A DNA stretch of 64,000 nt from an uncultured Burkholderiales bacterium (lineage in GTDB: Bacteria > Pseudomonadota > Gammaproteobacteria > Burkholderiales > CAZDFJ01), in assembly GCA_964504875.1 (NCBI GenBank), contig CAZDFJ010000004.1:23870-87869 (forward strand). Reading direction: 5' to 3'. The notes below the pieces were generated by a model that saw only the letters and a program-made list of their open reading frames with translations, did no database searches and was not told the origin of the DNA. Positions 8,747-18,548 of the stretch are shown in pieces (position 1 is the stretch's first letter; each line of letters starts with the position of its first letter). The translations under genes and the position numbers were made by a program.

Positions 8747-9811
8747 ATGACGAACCAAGTCAATTCTCAAAAAAATAGTTTAAGTTATCGTGATGCGGGT
8801 GTCGATATTGATGCCGGAGATCAACTTGTTGAAAATATTAAACCATTAGCGAAAAAAACAACGCGTCCAGAAGTATTAGCCAGTATTGGCGGTTTTGGCG
8901 CGCTCTTTGAATTGAGCAAAAATTATAAAAATCCCGTTTTGGTTTCTGGGACAGATGGCGTCGGGACAAAATTAAAGCTCGCTTTTCAATTTAATAAACA
9001 CGATACCGTTGGAATTGATCTCGTGGCCATGAGCGTGAATGACATTTTAGTACAAGGCGCAGAACCTTTGTTTTTCTTGGATTATTTTGCGTGTGGAAAA
9101 TTAGATGTCAAAACAGGGACAGATGTTGTCAGTGGAATTGCAAAAGGTTGTGAATTATCAGGATGTGCCTTAATTGGGGGCGAAACTGCTGAAATGCCTG
9201 GAATGTATCCAGATGGCGAATATGATTTAGCGGGCTTTGCAGTGGGCGCCGTTGAGAAGGACCAAATTATTACGGGCGAAACGATTCAAGCAGGCGATGT
9301 GATTTTAGGATTAGCTTCGAGTGGCGCGCATTCCAATGGCTATTCTTTAATTCGTAAAATTATTGATACCGTGCCATGTGATTTGGATGCTGAATTTGAC
9401 AATGGAAAAACATTACGGGAGGCACTCATTGCCCCAACGCGTTTATATGTGCGTTCAGTTTTGTCTTTAATTCGTCATGAAACCTTGGAAGTTAAAGGAC
9501 TTGCACATATTACAGGCGGTGGATTATTAGAAAATATTCCACGTGTGTTGCCAGAAAATTGTCAAGCAATTTTACGTGAAGAGAGCTGGGCATTACCGAA
9601 ATTATTCAAATGGTTACAAACACAAGGTAATGTTGAACAAAACGAAATGTATCGCGTATTTAATTGTGGTATTGGTATGGTTGTCATTGTTTCTGCTGAA
9701 CAAGCTGATGCCGCCCAAGCCCATTTAGCGGCACAAGGGGAAACCGTTTATCGTTTAGGTGAAATTGCCGCCTATACCGATCAAACTGAAAAACAAGTAA
9801 AAATTATTTAA
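8747..9811 (+). CDS. purM: Phosphoribosylformylglycinamidine cyclo-ligase (AIR synthetase)
   Basis: The 354-aa product carries [11 protein letters not shown] and [11 protein letters not shown]. Confidence 0.9.
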   Translation: MTNQVNSQKNSLSYRDAGVDIDAGDQLVENIKPLAKKTTRPEVLASIGGFGALFELSKNYKNPVLVSGTDGVGTKLKLAFQFNKHDTVGIDLVAMSVNDILVQGAEPLFFLDYFACGKLDVKTGTDVVSGIAKGCELSGCALIGGETAEMPGMYPDGEYDLAGFAVGAVEKDQIITGETIQAGDVILGLASSGAHSNGYSLIRKIIDTVPCDLDAEFDNGKTLREALIAPTRLYVRSVLSLIRHETLEVKGLAHITGGGLLENIPRVLPENCQAILREESWALPKLFKWLQTQGNVEQNEMYRVFNCGIGMVVIVSAEQADAAQAHLAAQGETVYRLGEIAAYTDQTEKQVKII

Positions 9812-9833
9812 TTCATTTCAATGAAATAATAAA

Positions 9834-10763
9834 ATGACAAAAACAGCTTTTCTTTTTCCGGGACAAAGTTCTCAATCGGTTGGTATGATGCAAGCGTATG
9901 GTCATTTGCCAGCAATTAAAAAAACATTTGAAGAAGCCAGTGATTTATTAGGCCAAGATATGTGGGACTTGGTCCAAAATGGGCCCACTGAAGCATTAAA
10001 CCAAACCACAAACACGCAACCTGTTATGTTAACCGCGGGCGTAGCCGTTTATCGGGCTTGGCAGGAAATGGGCGGTTTTCAACCTGATTTTGTGGCGGGC
10101 CATAGTTTGGGTGAGTATAGCGCGCTCGTCGCGGCCGAGGTTTTAACTTTTGCTGAAGCTTTGCCTTTAGTGCGCTTTCGTGCCGAATCGATGCAAAATG
10201 CCGTACCTGAAGGAATAGGAGGCATTGCTGCAATTTTAGGTTTGGATAGTGACACTGTTAAAGCAGTCTGCGCTGAAGCTGCTCAAAATGATGTGCTTGA
10301 AGCAGTGAATTTAAATTCACCTGAACAAACTGTAATTGCAGGACATAAAGTTGCAGTTGAGCGGGGTATGGTTTTAGCAAAATCTAAAGGCGCAAAACGG
10401 GCATTGATGTTGCCAATGAGTGCGCCTTCTCATTGTGCATTGATGCGTCCTGCTGCCGAAAAATTAGCTGAAAAATTGACAACAATCGTGTTTAAAGCCC
10501 CCCGTTTGGCGATAATTAATAATGTTGATGTTGCCAGCGAAACAGATCCTGAAAAGATTAAAGCGGCTTTAGTGCGACAATTATATTGTCCTGTTCGTTG
10601 GGTAGAACTTATCCAATCTCTAGCCGCGCAAGGGGTCAGCTTTGCGGCAGAATGTGGTCCGGGTAAAGTGTTAGCGGGCTTAAATAAACGTATTGTAAAA
10701 GAGATGGCAGTAGAAGCATTAACGACACAAGCCGCTTTAGAACATTTACGGGCCCAAGCGTAA
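9834..10763 (+). CDS. fabD: Malonyl-CoA:ACP transacylase
   Basis: The 309-aa product carries FPGQSSQ and the GHSLGEYSALV active-site Ser motif. Confidence 0.9.
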   Translation: MTKTAFLFPGQSSQSVGMMQAYGHLPAIKKTFEEASDLLGQDMWDLVQNGPTEALNQTTNTQPVMLTAGVAVYRAWQEMGGFQPDFVAGHSLGEYSALVAAEVLTFAEALPLVRFRAESMQNAVPEGIGGIAAILGLDSDTVKAVCAEAAQNDVLEAVNLNSPEQTVIAGHKVAVERGMVLAKSKGAKRALMLPMSAPSHCALMRPAAEKLAEKLTTIVFKAPRLAIINNVDVASETDPEKIKAALVRQLYCPVRWVELIQSLAAQGVSFAAECGPGKVLAGLNKRIVKEMAVEALTTQAALEHLRAQA

Positions 10764-10912
10764 TAAAATAGATTAATATTCATCGCGCCTTCTTTTTATG
10801 AGGTAATCAATAAGAAGAAGGCAAAATAATCGTGCTTGAACGAAATAAATATTTGATCTTTCAAGATTAAATCCGCCATTTATTTATTAACACAACAATA
10901 AGAACGAAAATT

Positions 10913-11290
10913 ATGATTTTTGGAATCGGAACGGATCTTGTCTTATGCTCCCGCATCGAGCGCGGGTATAATCGTTTTCAAGAGCGATTTGTTCAGCATT
11001 TATTAGCCCCGGATGAGATGAACGAGTTTCTTAGTCAAAATCATCCCATTTCTTTTCTAGCTAAACGCTTTGCTGCAAAAGAAGCGTTCTCTAAAGCTGT
11101 TCACACGGGATTATTACACCCCGTTTCACTTTCTAATATTTCGATTCAACATGATCATCTTGGTCAGCCCTTTTTTCACTTTGCGCCGCCGCTCGCTGAA
11201 TGGTTAGCCATGCGGGGCATCACGCAGACGCATTTATCATTAACAGATCAGGGTGATTTTGTTGTCGCTTTTGTTGTGGTTGAATCTTAA
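10913..11290 (+). CDS. acpS: Holo-[acyl-carrier-protein] synthase
   Basis: The 125-aa product carries GIGTDLV and FAAKEAFSKA. Confidence 0.85.
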   Translation: MIFGIGTDLVLCSRIERGYNRFQERFVQHLLAPDEMNEFLSQNHPISFLAKRFAAKEAFSKAVHTGLLHPVSLSNISIQHDHLGQPFFHFAPPLAEWLAMRGITQTHLSLTDQGDFVVAFVVVES

Positions 11291-11607
11291 GCCAAAAGTG
11301 ATTTTGAATGAAATATCATAATAAACGAATGAGACCATTTCTTGTCTTTTTCAAAAATGCATTCAAAAAATATTAAAAATGTACTTTGTTTGGCACTTTT
11401 AGTTTAATTTTAAACATGTTAGACTACAGGGGCAAAATAGAACGTTTTTAGACAAATCGTTTTATTTTTTGACACAAAATAATATTTTTTAGTCATATGT
11501 ATGATGAAAATTATCGCGTTATCTCAGTCTATTTTTATGCTATTTTTTTAAATAAACAAAGATAATAGTCATTTAAAAAATTTTTCTTGATTTAAATATA
11601 AAAAATA

Positions 11608-12567
11608 ATGAGTCTTGGTTATCTCATGCTTGATCTGGCTGGAACAGAATTGAGTCTAACAGATGAGCGACGTTTATTACATCCTGCTTGTGCAGGGGTG
11701 ATTCTTTTTTCTAGAAATTATCAAAATCGACTACAACTCAAGGCATTAACAAATGCAATCCGATCACTACGACCAGAATTATTGATTGCAGTGGATCATG
11801 AAGGTGGACGCGTTCAACGTTTTCGTGAAGGATTTTCAAAAATTCCACCCATGGCGTCTTTTGGTGAAATTGCGCAAAATGATATGAAATTGGCTCAAAA
11901 GAAAGTGTTTGATGTCGGCTATCAAATTGCCACTGAATTAATTGAATGTGGCATAGATTTTAGTTTTACGCCTGTATTAGATTTAAATTATGGGCGAAGC
12001 CAAGTGATAGGTGATCGGGCTTTTTCTTCTAATCCAACTGTTGTTTTAAATTTGGCTTCTCAATTGATGTATGGGTTACGGAAAGGGGGCATGATTGCAG
12101 TAGGAAAGCATTTTCCGGGGCATGGGTATGTCACACAGGATTCTCACTTTGAAATTCCATTAGATACGCGTTCTTTTTCAGATATTATGAAACATGATTT
12201 GCTTCCTTTTCATGGTCTGATTCAAGCGGGATTAGCGGCAATTATGCCGGCTCATGTGATTTATACACAAGTGGACAGTTTTCCCCCTTGTTTTTCTGTT
12301 TTTTGGTTGCAAAAAGTGTTACGTGGCCAGCTTGGTTTTGAAGGGGTCATTATGAGTGATGACTTAAGTATGGGCGGAGCACATAGTGTCGGAAGTAATG
12401 TTCAAGAACGCACAGCAGATGCCTTGAAAGCAGGATGTGATTTGGTTTTAATCTGTAATGATCCTGATTCAGTAGATGCAATTTTGTATGAACATGATCG
12501 TCTCAAAAAAAATGTGAATATCAAAAATGCCATTCGGTTACAAAAATTACGTGTTGAGTGGCAATAA
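11608..12567 (+). CDS. nagZ: Beta-N-acetylhexosaminidase (GH3, peptidoglycan recycling)
   Basis: The 319-aa product carries AVDHEGGRVQRF, KHFPGHG and MSDDLSM. Confidence 0.85.
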   Translation: MSLGYLMLDLAGTELSLTDERRLLHPACAGVILFSRNYQNRLQLKALTNAIRSLRPELLIAVDHEGGRVQRFREGFSKIPPMASFGEIAQNDMKLAQKKVFDVGYQIATELIECGIDFSFTPVLDLNYGRSQVIGDRAFSSNPTVVLNLASQLMYGLRKGGMIAVGKHFPGHGYVTQDSHFEIPLDTRSFSDIMKHDLLPFHGLIQAGLAAIMPAHVIYTQVDSFPPCFSVFWLQKVLRGQLGFEGVIMSDDLSMGGAHSVGSNVQERTADALKAGCDLVLICNDPDSVDAILYEHDRLKKNVNIKNAIRLQKLRVEWQ

Positions 12568-12582
12568 AAAAAGGAGGGCGAA

Positions 12583-13959
12583 ATGGAGTGGCTGTTGAAT
12601 TTTTTAAGTGGTTTTCATATAAAAGGCGTGTCCCTTCTGGGATGGTTACAGCAATTTCAACGTATTTCTTTTTTAGCCCAATTTTTTGTTGTTGGCTTAG
12701 TGGTTTTAATGTCTCGTCATTTTAGTCTTTTATCTAATCGTAAAATGATTAAAATACGGGGAGCAACCCCTTTTGTTTATACATGTATTGATGCTTTTTG
12801 TCGGATTTCTTTTCCAGTTTATGCGTTACTGATGACCATTGTGGCCCAATCTTTGTTGACAAATTATCATTTTTCAATAAAGATTTTTCATGTCGTCGTG
12901 CCTCTTCTCCTTGCTCTTGCAGCCATTCGGCTCAGTCTTTATATTATTCGTCAAACATTTGCGCGAGATAGTCATTTACTTAAAACAACAGAACGTTTTA
13001 TCACTGTAACTGTCTGGGTGACTTTTGCATTACATTTATTGGGTGTGCTCGACACAATTTTTATCATGCTCAATGATATTGGATTTCGTGTCGGTCGTTC
13101 TTATATTTCTATTCTCTTTGTATTGGATGCAATTGTCATTATTGGAATGGTGACAATTGTCATGTTTTGGCTCATGCGTTTGGCAGAAGAGCGGTTAATG
13201 CGGGCTGAACAACTTGAAGTCAATTTACGTATTGTTTTAAGTAAGGTATTGCGGGCAGTTTTTATTTTATTAAGCTTATTATTGTCATTGCCTTTAGCAG
13301 GGATTGATATTACGGCCCTTTCTGTGTTTGGGGGGGCATTAGGTGTGGGGTTGGGGTTTGGGCTTCAAAAAATTGCCAGTAATTATGTAAGTGGTTTTAT
13401 TATTTTGCTAGAAAAATCAATTAAATTAGGCGATCTCCTTAAAGTTGGGGAGAGCTACGGACAGGTTTCACAATTGAATACGCGTTATATTGTGATAAAA
13501 GACCTCAGTGGAATCGAGTTTATTATTCCAAATGAAACTTTAATTGGGACCACGGTCATTAATTATTCGCACACCAATAGCAAAATGCGGGTAGCGATTC
13601 CAGTTGTGGTGGGATATCAATCAGATATTGCTTTTGTTAAGGCATTAATTTTGGAAATTACTACATCCCATGCCCGTGTTTTATCTGATCCTGCGCCAAA
13701 TGTTTTTGTGAAGAATTTTGCGGATAGTGGTATTGAATTGGAGATAGGTTTGTGGATTAGTGATCCAGAGCTAGGCGTTTTGGCCGTGCGTTCTTATATT
13801 TTGGAAAATTTATTAACTGCCTTTGCAGAACATCACATAGAAATTCCTTATCCATATAGACAATTGGTTTTTTCTTCAGAGATGACTCAATCTGATGGGC
13901 AGACAGAAGCATTATTAGGGCAAAAAAATACTATTACGACCACAAAAACTAATGTTTAA
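12583..13959 (+). CDS. MscS-family mechanosensitive channel
   Basis: The 458-aa product has a multi-TM N-terminus followed by the MscS core ASNYVSGFIILLEKSIKLGD and a beta domain. Confidence 0.8.
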   Translation: MEWLLNFLSGFHIKGVSLLGWLQQFQRISFLAQFFVVGLVVLMSRHFSLLSNRKMIKIRGATPFVYTCIDAFCRISFPVYALLMTIVAQSLLTNYHFSIKIFHVVVPLLLALAAIRLSLYIIRQTFARDSHLLKTTERFITVTVWVTFALHLLGVLDTIFIMLNDIGFRVGRSYISILFVLDAIVIIGMVTIVMFWLMRLAEERLMRAEQLEVNLRIVLSKVLRAVFILLSLLLSLPLAGIDITALSVFGGALGVGLGFGLQKIASNYVSGFIILLEKSIKLGDLLKVGESYGQVSQLNTRYIVIKDLSGIEFIIPNETLIGTTVINYSHTNSKMRVAIPVVVGYQSDIAFVKALILEITTSHARVLSDPAPNVFVKNFADSGIELEIGLWISDPELGVLAVRSYILENLLTAFAEHHIEIPYPYRQLVFSSEMTQSDGQTEALLGQKNTITTTKTNV

Positions 13960-15211
13960 GCCTATGGCGCAATAAAGCAATCCGTTCGGTTAGTGGGGGA
14001 TGCGTTTCATACACAAGATTATACCAAGGATCAGAAAGAAAATAAGAAGAACCATCCCCTCCTAATTTAAGAAAAACATGAATCAAAGCAGTGGAATGGA
14101 CCTTTTCACTTGCGTATTGATCTGCCTCTAACTCGGCCCGTTGGGCCATAAAATTAGCAAGAGGTTGTAATGGAAAAGCAAAAATAGGTAAGATCATGAT
14201 CATTAAAAGTAATCCAGCGGCGCCTCCTATTTTTTCCACATGAAGCCCTAAATAAAACCAATCTTGAGTGAATAAAAGCTGGCAGAAATATAACAATATA
14301 AAACTGGTAATGCTCATAAATCCAAAGCGTTGATAATGATGTTTATGATAAATATGCCCTAATTCATGTGCAATCACGGCTTTAATTTCTTCCAAATTAA
14401 GACGCGAAAAGAGCTGCTCATGAAGTACAATTTGTTTAGATTGACCCACACCAGTGAAATAGGCCAACCCGCGATCAGAAAGAGATGTATTAGGGGCGGT
14501 GACAAAAATCGATTGAATAGAAAATCCACATTGTTGCATGAATTGTAGACATTCTTGTTGAAAATCAAGATCAGTAAGAGGGCGCGTTTGCACGAAAAAA
14601 GGATCAATCCAAATTGGAAAAATAAACATAATAAATAAAATAAAACTATTGAAAAAGATCCATAAAGCAAACCACCATGCTGTAATATGCTGCATAATCC
14701 ACAATAAAATTAGTATAAAGGGAATACCTAATATCAGACCCAGACTAATTTCTTTCATAAATTGCCGACTTTTTTCAAGCCATATTGCCTTAATATTTTT
14801 TTCAAGCGGCATATAAAGTATTAGGCTAAAAATGCTATTAACACAATATGAAATTAAAAAAGTAGACAGAAAAAGAGCAAGTCCAAATTTATAAGCGGCT
14901 TGATCTGGCGGATAGCATGCTTGCCAATAATGTATGAGTTTATTGAAGCCCGAACCCCAAGTCATTCCTAAAAGAAAGAGGGCTTCTAAGAGAATTTGAA
15001 TATTCTGTATTTTTATTTTTTTTATAGTATAATCAGTGAGTTGCGTATGATATGTTGTGCTGGCTAAACCATGAAATTCGACAGGAATGTAATCCCGATG
15101 TCGATAGAGATGATGGATTTGTCGTCGGTTAATCCATAACTTGAGAAGAGTATAGCTACTTAGAAAAACGAAAAAAACAAAAGTAAAAAAGGTCTGAGCA
15201 TCTAAAATCAT
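13949..15211 (-). CDS. Integral-membrane M48 (Ste24/HtpX-type) zinc metalloprotease
   Basis: The 420-aa product has a multi-TM N-terminal half, the HELGH zinc motif (AHELGHIYHKHH) and a downstream E(LEAD) motif. It lies 27 nt downstream of the preceding gene on the same strand. Confidence 0.8.
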   Translation of the reverse strand: MILDAQTFFTFVFFVFLSSYTLLKLWINRRQIHHLYRHRDYIPVEFHGLASTTYHTQLTDYTIKKIKIQNIQILLEALFLLGMTWGSGFNKLIHYWQACYPPDQAAYKFGLALFLSTFLISYCVNSIFSLILYMPLEKNIKAIWLEKSRQFMKEISLGLILGIPFILILLWIMQHITAWWFALWIFFNSFILFIMFIFPIWIDPFFVQTRPLTDLDFQQECLQFMQQCGFSIQSIFVTAPNTSLSDRGLAYFTGVGQSKQIVLHEQLFSRLNLEEIKAVIAHELGHIYHKHHYQRFGFMSITSFILLYFCQLLFTQDWFYLGLHVEKIGGAAGLLLMIMILPIFAFPLQPLANFMAQRAELEADQYASEKVHSTALIHVFLKLGGDGSSYFLSDPWYNLVYETHPPLTERIALLRHRLKH

Positions 15212-15238
15212 GTAAAACCAACAAAGATGATTTGATCA

Positions 15239-15739
15239 TTAACGTACTTGTGTTTCTTTATACTGAAACATAAGGGGAACACGGCGCGGTTTTCGTTTTG
15301 CACAATAAAGCTTGCTTTGGGTCGGGCCGTAATCAATCAACATGCTGCCTGCCGCAGAACGATATTGATTGGGTTTGTGAATCGGAAAAAATCGAACAGC
15401 CGCATTGCTTTCTAGGGCTTTTTTTGCCTCTTCTACCGAAGAAGCAATCACTACACCTACAAATTCATATTCGCTTGCGGGATGGTTGACAAAACCTTCT
15501 TGTAATTTTAACCCGAAAAGGGTCTCAGAAACGCTAAACCATTCTGCTTCGCCTTCAGTACGAAGTGGTTCTTTGTAAAAATCTCGTAAATACTGTCTAA
15601 AAAATGCGCCACTGACTTCGTCATGGCACAATAGTGCCGATCCAAAAATCGTATTAAATGTTGTGGGGCCTGCGGTAACAGTGCAAACAGCACACAGACA
15701 AATCAGCCCAAAAAAAGATGAAAAGACAAACTTATTCAT
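15239..15739 (-). CDS. Exported protein of unknown function
   Basis: The 166-aa product has an N-terminal signal-peptide-like segment MNKFVFSSFFGLICLCAVCTVTA. I recognise no family. Its start is 11 nt after the stop of the RsbT-like gene. Confidence 0.5.
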   Translation of the reverse strand: MNKFVFSSFFGLICLCAVCTVTAGPTTFNTIFGSALLCHDEVSGAFFRQYLRDFYKEPLRTEGEAEWFSVSETLFGLKLQEGFVNHPASEYEFVGVVIASSVEEAKKALESNAAVRFFPIHKPNQYRSAAGSMLIDYGPTQSKLYCAKRKPRRVPLMFQYKETQVR

Positions 15740-15750
15740 GAAGAAATCGT

Positions 15751-16182
15751 TTAGAAAGAATCATAGAAACGCGCACGCATTATGGAAATAGTGACACAAG
15801 TTCCTTCAGTTGTGGATTGTAAAGAAAACTCATCCATGAGTCGGCGCGTCCCGGGTAATCCCCCACCCAAACTGTTTGTATTAGTACTGTAATTATCTTG
15901 CAATGCAAGCTCTATATTGGGAATGCCGGGACCACTATCTCGCACAATGACTTTCATTTTAATAAAATGATGCGCCAAATTCGACTCGTCAACAATTGTA
16001 CATTCTCCAGCATACGCATATTTGATGACGTTGCGTGTCAACTCAGAAATGGCAGTAGCAATTTTGGTTTGATCAACTGTATTAAAGCCAATTGCCCGAG
16101 CCATTTCGCGACCCATCCGTCGTGCAATAATAATATCATTCTGCACTTGTAAGGGAATGACGTGTTGTTTTATTTCAAACAT
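15751..16182 (-). CDS. RsbT-like anti-sigma regulatory factor / switch Ser-Thr kinase (HATPase_c_2)
   Basis: The 143-aa product is colinear with Bacillus RsbT as recalled. Shared blocks are DIIIARRMGREMARAIGFNTVDQTKIATAISELTRN, DSGPGIP and GLPGTRRLMDEFSL. Confidence 0.75.
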   Translation of the reverse strand: MFEIKQHVIPLQVQNDIIIARRMGREMARAIGFNTVDQTKIATAISELTRNVIKYAYAGECTIVDESNLAHHFIKMKVIVRDSGPGIPNIELALQDNYSTNTNSLGGGLPGTRRLMDEFSLQSTTEGTCVTISIMRARFYDSF

Positions 16183-16732
16183 GCAATGTCCATGAGTAAG
16201 CCAATCTTTTACCAGGTTTTTATTTAAAAACGATTTATTTTGTTGTCCAGTTTATTCTTGTGCTACAAAGGCCTTTTATGTCATTTTAGTTGTAGTATCA
16301 CTTGAGCATTATAATTAAACTAAACTGCACACAAAAAAGTAAAAGCATCGATTCTGATAGTTTTATTCTGTAGAGAGTCTCTATTTATCTTTGAGAGAGT
16401 TGGGTTAAAAAGAACACATGATTATTTTTTGCAAATTATTATTCAGACATAAATAATTTTTCAAAGAGAAATGTCTAGTATGATTCATACGCATTTTTCC
16501 AAATATAAAAATAGGGCGTATTTTACTAATATTTTTTATGTAAGAAAATTGCAAATCGTTTTATTAGAATTATTATTAGCCAAAATTATTATATACTAAA
16601 AAGAATTCTAAGCATAGTTTAATGCAAACGGGGGTAAAGTACACCCTTTTTCTTATAAGAAAAATTGTTATGTGGAAAATCATGATGTTTAGATTTTCAA
16701 AAACTTTCAAAAAGATTATGATTGTCTATAAT

Positions 16733-17395
16733 ATGAATAATATCATTTGCTTGTTAGTGGCAATAACAACATTATTTTTGGGAGGCTGTAGCCATCTTGA
16801 ATCTTCACAAAAGTTAGATGTGATTACAGGGGAGAATGGAGCAAATCAGTGTCCACTTTTGCCAAAACAAGTCAATTATTTTGATGTTCAAGGGAAAATA
16901 GGGGTAAAGCAAGAGGAAAAAGGCCTATTCGGCCAATTTTTTTGGCATCATGATCAAATCAAAAATGATGATTATTTAATTTTTTATAATCCATTAGGTC
17001 AGGTTGTTGCAGGCCTTTATCAAGAACAAGAAAAGATCCGATTTGTGGCCGAAGGCCAATCGGAAATGACCAATCGTCCTGAAGAAAAAATGCAAGAGCG
17101 TTTAGGATGGTCTATTCCTCTTGCCGCACTACATTATTGGATTTTAGCTAAACCTGATCCGAGAACATGGGCAATGCCCACATGGAATGCATTGAATCAA
17201 GTTGTCCAAATTAAACAAGATCAATGGATAATTGATTATTTGGATTATCAATTAGTCTCAATTCAAGCGGAAAATACAGGGATTTATAGTGTCCCAAAAA
17301 CTATCCGGTTACGCCATGAAAAGCAGCCATTAGAAATTAAAATAGTCGTGCAATCATGGCAATTTAAGGCGTCTTCAAAGACGTTGTTAAAATAA
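16733..17395 (+). CDS. lolB: Outer-membrane lipoprotein LolB
   Basis: The product has a lipobox LFLGGC after the internal Met at 16733. The ORF track starts at 16622, so the exact start is uncertain. LolB-like blocks are FFWHH, YNPLGQ and GWSIPLAALHYWILAKP. Confidence 0.7.
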   Translation: MNNIICLLVAITTLFLGGCSHLESSQKLDVITGENGANQCPLLPKQVNYFDVQGKIGVKQEEKGLFGQFFWHHDQIKNDDYLIFYNPLGQVVAGLYQEQEKIRFVAEGQSEMTNRPEEKMQERLGWSIPLAALHYWILAKPDPRTWAMPTWNALNQVVQIKQDQWIIDYLDYQLVSIQAENTGIYSVPKTIRLRHEKQPLEIKIVVQSWQFKASSKTLLK

Positions 17396-17451
17396 TTATT
17401 TTCTGAAAGATTCTAAAAAAATAATTTATTTTTGATGGCAGAATACACATT

Positions 17452-17811
17452 ATGTACCGTTTCATAAAAAATTTATTTGGATATAGTTTATTAGGTTTGT
17501 TCGTTTTGTTGAGTGGATGTGCAGAGCGTGAAAGCCCACAAATTAATGCGGAAAAATTTTGTAAGGCAATGCAAGCAGATGATTTAGAAGAGGCGAGTCA
17601 CTACACAACAGAACATACGCGAACCATGTTAGAGAAGTTGGTGGATGTGCCTCCAGAAGATCGTCGTATACCAAGCAGTTGTAAACCCATTAGAGAAGTG
17701 GTAACGCGTGATGCAGCAGAAGTCTTTTTCAAAGGAGAAAATGGAAAAGAAGAATCTATTAATTTAATTTTTGTAGATAATCGTTGGCAAGTCGCATCAA
17801 AGAAACAATAA
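17452..17811 (+). CDS. Small lipoprotein of unknown function
   Basis: The 119-aa product has a signal peptide with the lipobox LLSGC. Confidence 0.55.
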   Translation: MYRFIKNLFGYSLLGLFVLLSGCAERESPQINAEKFCKAMQADDLEEASHYTTEHTRTMLEKLVDVPPEDRRIPSSCKPIREVVTRDAAEVFFKGENGKEESINLIFVDNRWQVASKKQ

Positions 17812-18513
17812 ATGGATGAATACAGGTTGACTTTTTATGAAGCCTATAAAATGAAAATCTGGTTTAGTCGGATGCTTTTTTTGTTAATGCTTTGTGTGAT
17901 GTTGGGAGGATTGCGGCATGACATTTTTACGTTGCGAACCCAGTCACCTTTATTTTATCAAATGCTTAAGCAAACAATGCAGATCATTCAACCAGGTGAT
18001 TTAATTTTTACAAGAGGACAAGGTTTTTTTAGTCATTATTTTGCAAAAATGTCTGTTCATGATCAACGTTTTTCACATGTAGGCTTCATTGTTGAAGATT
18101 CTTTTCATTCTATGGGTGTCAGACATGCCCTAGCTGATGAAATCACTGCGCAAGGATCGGTACAGACTAGTACACTGTATCAATTTTTGGCAGATAGTCA
18201 AGAATGGGCCATTTATCGATTGCGTTTTTCCCCTTCACAGCGGCAAAATATGATTAATTTTTCTCTTTTGCTTGAGAAAAAACAAACACCGTTTGATTAT
18301 CATTTTGATTTAACGGACCAAGGTAAGGCAGTGTATTGCACTGAGCTTGTTTGGTATAGCGTCAAACAAGCGACTGGAATCGATCTGATTGCAAATAAAT
18401 ATCATTCATCTACGGCAAAAAAACGTATTGTTACACTCGATGACTTATCTCAAAATCCTTTAGTCTTTCTTGTCAATGATTTTAGGGTGTCAGCTTTGTC
18501 AGTTTTACATTAA
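17812..18513 (+). CDS. YiiX/YaeF-family permuted papain-like (NlpC/P60-related) hydrolase
   Basis: The 233-aa product carries GDLIFTRG, SHVGFI and the catalytic Cys context YCTELVW typical of the permuted papain fold. Confidence 0.6.
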   Translation: MDEYRLTFYEAYKMKIWFSRMLFLLMLCVMLGGLRHDIFTLRTQSPLFYQMLKQTMQIIQPGDLIFTRGQGFFSHYFAKMSVHDQRFSHVGFIVEDSFHSMGVRHALADEITAQGSVQTSTLYQFLADSQEWAIYRLRFSPSQRQNMINFSLLLEKKQTPFDYHFDLTDQGKAVYCTELVWYSVKQATGIDLIANKYHSSTAKKRIVTLDDLSQNPLVFLVNDFRVSALSVLH

Positions 18514-18548
18514 GTTTACTTACTGACACAATTCATTAATGAAAAGCA

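Noticed and set aside
10430-10783. Long antisense ORFs inside well-supported genes, for example 10430..10783, 29727..30062, 52817..53137, 55165..55509 and 61931..62347.
   Set aside because: Each lies fully within a strongly supported conserved gene on the opposite strand and has low-complexity or atypical composition.
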